Positions 42,653 to 50,168 of a DNA stretch of 64,000 nt are shown in pieces. The notes beneath the pieces were generated by a model. The model worked only from the letters and a program-made list of their open reading frames with translations, searched no databases and had not been told where the DNA came from. The first letter of the stretch is position 1. Each line of letters opens with the position of its first letter. The stretch is from an uncultured Alphaproteobacteria bacterium. GTDB taxonomy: Bacteria; Pseudomonadota; Alphaproteobacteria; Rhizobiales; Kaistiaceae. The position numbers and the translations under genes are program-made. The stretch spans positions 28,960-92,959 of the forward strand of contig CAWGVO010000002.1 in NCBI GenBank assembly GCA_963826055.1, read 5' to 3'.

Positions 42653-43470
42653 ACGCCGTGGACCTACGACGGCGCCGGTCGCCTCGACACGGTCCCCGGT
42701 CTTGTCGACGGCACCGACTACAACGCCGCCGGCCAGGTGACCGAGATCACCTACGACAACGGCGTCGTCACCACCAATACCTACCAGGACAGCCGCGGCT
42801 GGCTGATGGAGGTGGAGACGGTGCTGTCCTCCACCACCCTCCAGTCGGTCGTCTACACCCGCGACGATGCCGGCCGCATCGAGACCATGGACGTCGGTCC
42901 CGCCAGCGAGGCGTGGACCTACACCTACGACGACATCGACCGGCTGCTGTCGGCGGCCAATGCCTCCGACACCAACACAAGCCGCAACTACACCTACGAC
43001 GACGCCGGCAACCTCGCCTGGAAGTCGGACGTCGGCTCCTACAGCTACCCGACGCAAGGGCCCTCGGCCGCGCGTCCCCACGCCGTCACCGCCGCCGGCA
43101 GCGACAGCTATACCTACGACGACAACGGCAACATGCTGTCTGGCGCCGGCCGGACCCTGACCTTCGACGGCGACAATCGCCTGATCGAGGTCGAGACCGC
43201 CACCGCCACCACCGACTACGCCTACGGTCCCGACGGGGCGCGGGTGAAGACCACGACGACGCCGGTCTCGGGGCCGGCCGAGGTGAGCTTCATCCTCGGC
43301 ACCACCGAGATCGACGACGCCGGCACCTACACCAAGGTGCCGCACCCGGACGTGCGCATCGTCGGTTCCGACGTCTGCTTCGTCCACCGCGATCACCTGG
43401 CGACGGTGCGCCTGGAGACCGACCGACAGCGGTGCGGTCGCCCTCCGCCAGCGCTTCCAGTGGGGAGCCT
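42653..43470 (+). pseudogene. 5'- and 3'-truncated Rhs/YD-repeat core fragment
   Basis: YD repeats start in frame at the first base after the immunity stop (TP WTYDGAGRL…ITYDNG…YTYDDIDRL…YTYDDAGN…YTYDDNGN…DYAYGPDG…). It ends …FVHRDHLATVRLETD(frameshift about 43421-43428)SGAVALRQRFQWG. No start codon. Confidence 0.75.
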
Positions 43471-43567
43471 GCCCACCGCTAGGCCGGCCTCTCGATGCAG
43501 GATGGCCTCTGACACCTGCACCGTTGGCGTCGCTCGCGCGGGCGTTTTCCGTCTAGACTGGGTGCCC

Positions 43568-44368
43568 ATGCGCCCGAAACTCACCGCCCTGTCGATCTTC
43601 CTTGCCGTCGCGGCCGCCGCCCCGGCCGCGCGCGCCGAGGACACGCCGGTCGACCTTGAACTGGTGCTCGCCATCGACACCTCGCAGAGCGTCGACATCG
43701 GCGAGGGCATCCTCCAGCGCAACGGCTACATCCGGGCGCTCAAGGATCCGCAGGTGATCCAGGCGATCACCAGCGCGCCGTACGGACGCATCGCGGTCAC
43801 CTACATCGAGTGGGGCGGCGCCTTCCAGCAGCGCACGGTGGTCGACTGGACCATCATCGACAGCGCCGAGTCGGCCGCCGTCTTCGCCGACAGGCTCGCC
43901 AACACGCCCGTCGGCCACGGTCAGGGGACCTCCATCAGCGGCATGCTCCAAAGCGCCATGGGCATGTTCGACGGCAATGGCGCCACGGCCGAACGGCGCG
44001 TGATCGACATCTCCGGCGACGGTCCCAACAGCAGCGGCGGCAACGTCGCGGAGGCGCGCGACGCGGCGGTGGCGGCCGGCTTCGTCATCAACGGCGTTGC
44101 GATCAACAACGACGACGGCAGCGCCTTCACCCTCCCCGACCTCGACGTCTACTACCGCGAGTGCGTCATCGGCGGGCTCGCGTCCTTCGTCATCGCCGCC
44201 GACGGCTTCGCCTCGTTCGCCGAGGCCATCCGCCGCAAGCTCATCCTGGAGGTCGCCGGCCGGTCCCTGCCCGTCACGCCCGTGCAGGCGCGGGTCGGCC
44301 AGAAGTACGCGCCGGCATGCGACATCGGTGAGCGGATGCGCATGGGCGACAACCCGTTTCTGCGGTAA
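43568..44368 (+). CDS. DUF1194 (vWA-like) domain protein, secreted
   Basis: Own ATG at 43568 and signal peptide MRPKLTALSIFLAVAAAAPAARA. DLELVLAIDTSQSVD…VIDISGDGPNS…INGVAINN pattern. Confidence 0.8.
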   Translation: MRPKLTALSIFLAVAAAAPAARAEDTPVDLELVLAIDTSQSVDIGEGILQRNGYIRALKDPQVIQAITSAPYGRIAVTYIEWGGAFQQRTVVDWTIIDSAESAAVFADRLANTPVGHGQGTSISGMLQSAMGMFDGNGATAERRVIDISGDGPNSSGGNVAEARDAAVAAGFVINGVAINNDDGSAFTLPDLDVYYRECVIGGLASFVIAADGFASFAEAIRRKLILEVAGRSLPVTPVQARVGQKYAPACDIGERMRMGDNPFLR

Positions 44369-44423
44369 CCGGCCTTCGACGCGATTTGCACGGCCTTCCG
44401 TCCTTGTGGAAGGATGCCCCGCG

Positions 44424-44786
44424 ATGACTCAAACTCTCCGATGGATCAACGTCGCGCTGAGGGGCGTTATGGAAGCCGGCATCGTCTTCGGCCTCGGGTG
44501 GTGGGGCTACCGGACCGGCACCGATACGGCGACGCGCGTCGCGCTCGCGATCGGCGCGCCAGTCGTCGGCTTCGGTTTCTGGGGCGCGGTCGACTTCCGT
44601 CGCGCCGGCCCGGCTGCCGAACCCCTGCGCCTTGCCCAGGAGCTTATCGTCTCGGGCCTTGCCGCGCTCGCACTCATCGTTGCCGGCCTGCCGATGTTGG
44701 GTTTGGCGCTCGCCGGCATCTCGATCATTCATCACGCGTTGGTCTATGCGCTCGGGGACCGGCTCCTGAAGGAGCGCGTACGGTGA
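44424..44786 (+). CDS. DUF2568 (YrdB-like) small membrane protein
   Basis: 120 aa with 4 hydrophobic segments. LRGVMEAGIVFGLGWWGY motif. Confidence 0.55.
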   Translation: MTQTLRWINVALRGVMEAGIVFGLGWWGYRTGTDTATRVALAIGAPVVGFGFWGAVDFRRAGPAAEPLRLAQELIVSGLAALALIVAGLPMLGLALAGISIIHHALVYALGDRLLKERVR

Positions 44787-44788
44787 CC

Positions 44789-45583
44789 ATGCAAACCGTC
44801 TCCGGCGCCGGCGGCGTCCCGATCGCGTGCGAGGTGGGCGGCAGGGGTCCGAATCTGGTGCTCGTCCATGGCACCTCCGCCAGCCGTGGACGCTGGGCGC
44901 CGGTGCGGCCGGCGCTGGAAGCGCATTTCACCGTCACCGCCATCGACCGGCGCGGGCGCGGCGACAGTGGCGACGGCGCGGAATACGGCATCGCGGACGA
45001 AGTCGGCGACATCGTCGCGGTGGTGGCCGCGCTGACGCCGCCGGTGCTCCTCTTCGGCCATTCGTTCGGCGCCATCTGTGCTCTCGAGGCGGCGATGCGC
45101 ACCGACCGTCTCGCCGGCCTCATCCTCTACGAGCCGCCGGTCTTCGAGGACAGCAGCGCGAGGGTGTCGCCGGATCAGTTGGCGAAGCTGGAGGGGCTGC
45201 TCGCCGCCGGCGATCGCGAGGGCCTGGTCACCGCGTTCATGCGCGACGTGGTCAAGGTGCGGCCGCGGGGCATGGCGGCGCTGCAATCGTCCCCGGAGTG
45301 GCCGTTGCGGGTGGCGGCGGCCCACACGCTGCCGCGCGAGCTACGCGCCGTCGACGCCTACCGCCTCGACCCGGCGCGCCTTGCCGCGCTTGCAACGCCG
45401 GTTCGCCTGCTGCTCGGCGGCGCCAGTCCGGAGCAGTTCACCGACGCCACCGCCAAACTCCAGCGGTCCCTGCCGAACGCGACGACGGTCGTCCTGCCCG
45501 GCCAGCAGCACATCGCCATGGACACCGCCCCCGACCTCGTGGTGGAGACGGTGCTGGCCTTCTGGCGCGACATCGCGCCGTAG
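44789..45583 (+). CDS. alpha/beta hydrolase
   Basis: LVLVHG oxyanion region and GHSFGA nucleophile elbow. C-terminal …QQHIAMDTAP (His). Confidence 0.85.
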   Translation: MQTVSGAGGVPIACEVGGRGPNLVLVHGTSASRGRWAPVRPALEAHFTVTAIDRRGRGDSGDGAEYGIADEVGDIVAVVAALTPPVLLFGHSFGAICALEAAMRTDRLAGLILYEPPVFEDSSARVSPDQLAKLEGLLAAGDREGLVTAFMRDVVKVRPRGMAALQSSPEWPLRVAAAHTLPRELRAVDAYRLDPARLAALATPVRLLLGGASPEQFTDATAKLQRSLPNATTVVLPGQQHIAMDTAPDLVVETVLAFWRDIAP

Positions 45584-45706
45584 GGCGCGCCCCCTTCCTC
45601 CTGCTTCAAAGCCCCTCAAGCGTGCTGTTCGGGCAACAGTCTGGGCGACCGAGCGGTGGTACATTTGTCGGGGATTCAGCTACGGATTCGTGGGGTTCCA
45701 ATCACG

Positions 45707-46564
45707 ATGCGTTTCGTCTCCGTCGCACGGTTCGTTCTGCCGTTGGCCGCCGGGCTTGGGCTCGGCGGTTCTGCTTTGGCTGCCGAAGCGGACGCCTCGA
45801 TGGCGGAGAGTGCCGCCCGCGCCATCATGGGCTACGGCGAGGTCGGCATCGGCGTCACCACCATCCGCAACGAATACGTCTATGACAGCGGCGCCGTGGC
45901 GAGCTACGACGCCGGTGTTTACGTGAACCTTCCGTTCGCCGATCGCTGGAACGTCGAGGTCGAAGGCCGCGGCAACTGGATCAATTCCACCGACACCGGT
46001 ACCGGTTCCGACGCCGGCGGTTTCGTCCATGTTTACTGGCGCGATCCCGACCGCTTCGCCGTCGGCGCGTTCGCTGGCTACTCCGCCCTGACGATCTACA
46101 CGGGGCAGCACGGCGACATGTGGACCGCAGGCGCCGAGGCGCAGGCATATTTCGATCGCGTGACGCTCTACGCACAGGCAGCGGCCTTCAACTCGTCGGC
46201 CTCTTCGGGCTGGCTCTATTTCGACGGCTATTTCATCCGCGGCAGTGCGCGCTTCTTCGCCACCCCCAACCTCCGCCTCCAGCTCGACGCCCAGTGGTCC
46301 GAGCTTAACAATACCGACCGCATCGATGTGCTGAGCCTGATGGGGACGGCGGAGTATCGTTTCCAGAACTGTTTCCTGTCGGGATTTGCCAGCGTCCGCT
46401 GGGACCAGGTCAATCCGGTCCTGAACGCGGAATACGACGACACGCGGTTCATGTTCGGCATCCGCGCCTATTTCGGCAGCGGCAGCCAGATCGATAACGA
46501 CCGCCACGGCGCGCCGATGGACGTCATCCCCTTCCCGCCGCTTTACGGGCTGAACTTCGGCTGA
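45707..46564 (+). CDS. hypothetical secreted protein, possibly outer-membrane beta-barrel
   Basis: Signal peptide MRFVSVARFVLPLAAGLGLGGSALA. Alternating aromatic/hydrophilic strand-like pattern. No family recognised. Confidence 0.45.
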   Translation: MRFVSVARFVLPLAAGLGLGGSALAAEADASMAESAARAIMGYGEVGIGVTTIRNEYVYDSGAVASYDAGVYVNLPFADRWNVEVEGRGNWINSTDTGTGSDAGGFVHVYWRDPDRFAVGAFAGYSALTIYTGQHGDMWTAGAEAQAYFDRVTLYAQAAAFNSSASSGWLYFDGYFIRGSARFFATPNLRLQLDAQWSELNNTDRIDVLSLMGTAEYRFQNCFLSGFASVRWDQVNPVLNAEYDDTRFMFGIRAYFGSGSQIDNDRHGAPMDVIPFPPLYGLNFG

Positions 46565-46607
46565 TCGCCACCCGCGACGGGATGGAAGAACGCCTCGGGG
46601 GAATTTC

Positions 46608-47297
46608 ATGGCCGCGACACGCCGGACGTCCCTTCTTGCGGGGCTGTTCTTCATCGGCACGTTCGTCTTCTCGATCCCGGGGCTGATCCTGTATGGACCG
46701 CTCCTGAACGACCCCAACTATGTCGTCGGCGACGGCGCCGACGCGCAGATCTATCTCGGCGCCTTCCTCGAGATCCTCACCGCCATCGCCAACATCGGCA
46801 CGGCGGTCGTGCTCTTTCCCGTCCTCAGGCGCGCCAGCGAGAGCGGCGCGCTCGGCTACGTGGCGAGCCGCGTGCTGGAATCGACCGTCATCGTCATCGG
46901 CCTGATCAGCGTGCTCGCGGTGGTGACGTTGCGGCAGGATTTCGCCGCCGCCGGGGGAGATGCCACGCTCTACGTCACGATCGGCAAATCGCTGGTCGCC
47001 GTGCATGACTGGACGTTCCTGCTCGGGCCGGCGTTCTGCGCCGGCTTCGGCAACGGCATCCTGCTCGGCTCCCTGATGTACCGCTCGGGCCTCGTTCCCG
47101 CGCCGTGGGCGGTGTTCGGGATGATCGCCGGCACGATCGCCTTTGCCTCGGCGACGGCGGTCCTCTTCGGCGCCTACGAGCAGGTGTCGCAGGTGTCGTT
47201 CCTGTTCACGGTCCCGGAAATCGTCTGGGAGCTGTTCCTCAGCGTCTACCTGACGTTCTTCGGCTTCCGCCCAACGCCCATTTTCGACAAGGCGTGA
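46608..47297 (+). CDS. DUF4386-like membrane protein
   Basis: 229 aa, about 6 TM segments. N-terminal …SLLAGLFFIGTFVFSIPG… and FLEILTAIANIG resemble DUF4386. Confidence 0.55.
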   Translation: MAATRRTSLLAGLFFIGTFVFSIPGLILYGPLLNDPNYVVGDGADAQIYLGAFLEILTAIANIGTAVVLFPVLRRASESGALGYVASRVLESTVIVIGLISVLAVVTLRQDFAAAGGDATLYVTIGKSLVAVHDWTFLLGPAFCAGFGNGILLGSLMYRSGLVPAPWAVFGMIAGTIAFASATAVLFGAYEQVSQVSFLFTVPEIVWELFLSVYLTFFGFRPTPIFDKA

Positions 47298-47316
47298 CGC
47301 GCTGAGGGACCGGACC

Positions 47317-47760
47317 GCAGCCCGGATGAAGCGCAGCGCAATCCGGGTTTTCTCCCCTCGCTGTACGGGACCTTGCGCCCCGCAGAACGAGACCCTCCTC
47401 TCCCCTGGCGGGAGAGGGCTTCGCGCCTTGGAGCGCAGCGAGTCAGGCGCGAAGGCCCGGGGCACGCCCTCCATGTGCCGTGCACGAGCGTCTGGGGAGC
47501 GCGCCCAACCCTCCCCTTGCGGGAGGGTCAAAACGCGCGGCAACGCGCGTTTTGGGGAGGGGTCGTGCCACCGGCCTTCGTAACAAGTTGACGACGGCTG
47601 CTTGCCGCCGCCGCCAAACCCCTCCCCGAAACTGCTCACGCAGTTTCGACCCTCCCGCAAGGGGAGGGTTGGCCGGCGAGCGAGCCGCACGGGTTGCGCA
47701 AAGGTCTCCAAGGGGAGAGGTGGCCCGCCGTCATCGGCATCGTGAACCACGCCGAAGCCC
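47317..47760. repeat. composite REP-like unit, copy 1 (with an about 73-bp extra palindromic module)
   Basis: CCCGGATGAAGCGCAGCGCAATCCGGG hairpin module, a CTCTCCC…GGGAGAG / CTTCGCGCC…GGCGCGAAG module, then an about 268-bp block repeated at 47848-48116. Confidence 0.85.
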
Positions 47761-48131
47761 GTAGCCCGGATGGAGCGCAGCGTAATCCGGGTTTTCTCTC
47801 CTCGCTGTACAGGACCTTGCGCCTCGCAGAACGAGAACCTCCTCTCCGTGCACGAGCGTCCGGGGAGCGCGCCCAACCCTCCCCCTTGCGGGAGGGTCAA
47901 AACGCGCGCGGCAACGCGCGTTTTGGGGAGGGGTCGTGCCACCGACCTTCGTAACAGGTTGACGACGCCTGCTTGCCGCCGCCGCCAAACCCCTCCCCGA
48001 AACTGCTCACGCAGTTTCGACCCTCCCGCAAGGGGAGGGTTGGCCGGCGAGCGAGCCGCACGGGTTGCGCAAAGGTCTCCAATAGGAGAGGTGGCCCGCC
48101 GTCATCGGCATCGTGGATCGCGCTGACGCCC
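47761..48131. repeat. composite REP-like unit, copy 2 (371 bp)
   Basis: Starts GTAGCCCGGATGGAGCGCAGCGTAATCCGGG. The block 47848-48116 differs from 47479-47744 by only a handful of substitutions and short indels by eye. Confidence 0.85.
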
Positions 48132-48400
48132 GTAGCCCGGATGGAGCGAAGCGTAATCCGGGTTTTCTCTCCTCGCTTTACAGGACCTTGCGCCTCGCAG
48201 AACGAGAACCTCCTCTCCCCTCATGGGAGAGGGCTTCGCGCCTTGGGAGCGGAGCGCGTTAGGCGCGAAGGGTGAGGGGCGGGCGACGATAACCGAGCAG
48301 CCCCCTCACGCGGTTTGCCTGACCTCGCCTCCGGCTCGCCAGGGCAAACGGACCTCTCCCACGAGGGGAGAGGTGACCCGGCGTCATCAGCATCGTGGAT
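48132..48400. repeat. composite REP-like unit, copy 3 (divergent tail)
   Basis: Same about 88-bp head module, then a CCTCTCCCCTCATGGGAGAGGGCTTCGCGCC…GGCGCGAAGGGTGAGGGG module. The tail ends with the GGAGAGGTGACCCGGCGTCATCAGCATCGTG motif also seen at about 47710 and about 48080. Confidence 0.8.
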
Positions 48401-48533
48401 CACTTTGCACCAATTCCACGGCGGCGACTGCAACTCGATACGCCCACAATTCGAGCCCCGGGGCTCCATCCGGAGCTAGTTGCAGAACTTTGGCTTTCCT
48501 ACCATGTCTGGATTCAGGGAGGTGCAGAAGCCG

Positions 48534-49322
48534 ATGAGTGCCGACTTCGAAATAATCCAACATGACCTTGCAGCAGCCACGATGAAGCGTCTCAACACCC
48601 GGCAGCGCAATCAGTTCGTCGGGTGCATGCATGCACACAATGAACTCGTCGTGATGAACCGGCTCCTCATGTTCAGCCTCAATGATGTCGGCGAAGGCGA
48701 GCTACACGATGCGGCCCACGGAGTGCAGATGTGGTGCGTGTTGCAGGTGCTTGTCGGCAAGCTCTACGAGACCTGGAACATGCTCAAGGAGCGGTTCCTG
48801 AAGGCGCAACCGGAAGATTCGGCCCTACAGGCGTTGAGCGCGCAGCAGCGCCAAAGCTTGGAGTGGCTGAAGACCTACTTTGGCGAGGTTTCACAGAAGA
48901 CCAACGCCTTGCGGACCATCCGGGATAAGACTGCGTTTCACTACGACAAGCTCAATCTGGCGCAGGCCATGGAGCAAACCGGGAAGGAGGCGCACCGGGT
49001 ATATTTGGCCCAATATCCCGCGAACTCGCTCTACTACGCGGGTTCGGCCTTCGTGTTCGAGACGGTGTTCGCCATGATTGCCGATCAGGCCGCTGATACA
49101 ACCAAGATGACCTTAATGGAGCGTATGCGCGAAGGCGTGAAGATCGCCCTCGATGACGTGAACGACGTCAACATCCACATGCACGCGCTGCTCTACGGGC
49201 TTCTTTACGGCTTTCTCAAGCCTTCGCTGGATGCTGAGCAGCACCAGGTGCGTGTCGAAGTCAAGGACGCTCCGAAATCCACGCAGGTCGCGTTGCCCAT
49301 GTTCTTGGACATAGGCGAGTAG
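48534..49322 (+). CDS. hypothetical alpha-helical-looking protein, lower GC than surroundings
   Basis: ATG at 48534 about 10 nt after GGGAGG (alternatives 48504, 48480). 262 aa. No family recognised. Contains IRDKTAFH (Rx5H) at 48921-48941. Confidence 0.6.
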   Translation: MSADFEIIQHDLAAATMKRLNTRQRNQFVGCMHAHNELVVMNRLLMFSLNDVGEGELHDAAHGVQMWCVLQVLVGKLYETWNMLKERFLKAQPEDSALQALSAQQRQSLEWLKTYFGEVSQKTNALRTIRDKTAFHYDKLNLAQAMEQTGKEAHRVYLAQYPANSLYYAGSAFVFETVFAMIADQAADTTKMTLMERMREGVKIALDDVNDVNIHMHALLYGLLYGFLKPSLDAEQHQVRVEVKDAPKSTQVALPMFLDIGE

Positions 49323-49335
49323 AAAGCGAGCAAGC

Positions 49336-49488
49336 GTAGCCCGGATGGAGCGCAGCGTAATCCGGGTTTGCTCCCCTCGCGGTACAGGGCCTCACCCCTC
49401 GCAGAACGAGAACCCCCTCTCCCCTCGTGGGAGAGGGCTTCGCGCCTTAGAAGCGGAGCGACTTAGGCGCGAAGGGTGAGGGGGCGCC
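49336..49488. repeat. solo composite REP-like unit
   Basis: About 90% identical by eye (about 15 mismatches in about 150 nt) and in direct orientation to 48132-48284. Confidence 0.8.
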
Positions 49489-49609
49489 CTATGCTTTCGT
49501 TTCGCTATCGCCGAGCGCCGGCTCATCGACCACGGTGCGGTGGCACCGCCGGCCGGCGCGGGGGCTGGTCGACCGTGACCCCTCGGCGGAAAGCTGCTAA
49601 CGTTTCGCC

Positions 49610-49828
49610 ATGACGAAAGCACTCAAAGATGCCATCGCTGCCGCGCAGCGGCTGCCGGAGGCCGATCAGGACAAGATCGGCCACGAGTTGCTGACCCATA
49701 TCGGCAAGCTTCGCGCGCTTCGTGCCGATCTCGCCTCCGCGGCGCGCTCGCTTGACGAAGGTCGAGGCAGGGAACTCGACATTGAGCATGTAATCTCGCA
49801 AGCCCGCGAGCGTCATGGCAAGACCTAG
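49610..49828 (+). CDS. parD: type II antitoxin (ParD-like)
   Basis: 72 aa. Overlaps the downstream ParE-like ORF by 14 nt. The helical, charged sequence is typical of addiction-module antidotes. Confidence 0.7.
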   Translation: MTKALKDAIAAAQRLPEADQDKIGHELLTHIGKLRALRADLASAARSLDEGRGRELDIEHVISQARERHGKT

Positions 49829-50127
49829 GCGGGTCGTCTGGTCGCCGGAAGCGAGCAGGACCTCATCGACATTTGGGCGTATCTCGCCCATGAGGCCTCA
49901 ACGCGGGTCGCTGACGAACAGCTTCGTTCGATCGACCGGGTCTGCGACATGCTCAGTGAAGCACCGATGGTCGGCCGCTCGCGCGAAGAGCTTTTGCCCG
50001 GTATTCGATCGATCGCCGCTCGGCCGTATGTGATTTTCTACCGTGCGCCAGCGGCGACCATAGAAGTGCTGCACGTGGTGCACGGTAGCCGGGATATCGA
50101 GGCGATCTTCAGCGAATTCGAGGGTAG
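49815..50127 (+). pseudogene. parE: RelE/ParE family toxin, frameshifted as sequenced (3' end uncertain)
   Basis: MARPRRVVWSPEA, then in the next frame EQDLIDIWAYLAHEASTRVADEQLRSIDRVCDMLSEAPMVGRSREELLPGIRSIAARPYVIFYR…IEVLHVVHGSRDIEAIF. The break is near 49853. That frame then has no stop for over 1 kb. The nearest stop (TAG 50125-50127) is out of frame. Confidence 0.7.
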
Positions 50128-50168
50128 TCCTTGCCCCCGCCCTTCCCGCGCGGCACAAGACCGCCGCG

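Noticed and set aside
42737-44368. 543-aa ORF joining YD repeats to a vWA-like domain as one large protein.
   Set aside because: Rhs homology ends near 43470 after a frameshift. The DUF1194 part has its own ATG (43568) and signal peptide. The linking segment is non-conserved read-through.
44097-45583. ORFs 44097..44786 and 44414..45583 as long single proteins.
   Set aside because: Each is an out-of-frame leader fused to a real downstream gene: the DUF2568 gene from 44424 and the alpha/beta hydrolase gene from 44789.
46524-48537. ORFs inside the REP array, such as 46524..47942(-) 472 aa, 47326..47583, 47770..48126 and 48223..48537.
   Set aside because: The translations are the characteristic repetitive Gly/Arg/Pro/Glu strings produced by REP hairpins, and are near-identical between copies. 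They overlap the DUF4386 gene antisense. No coding signal is present.
47317-49488. Repeat array considered as a possible CRISPR locus.
   Set aside because: The units are about 370-440 bp composites of several different hairpin modules. They are not short identical repeats separated by unique spacers. There is no leader and no cas gene.
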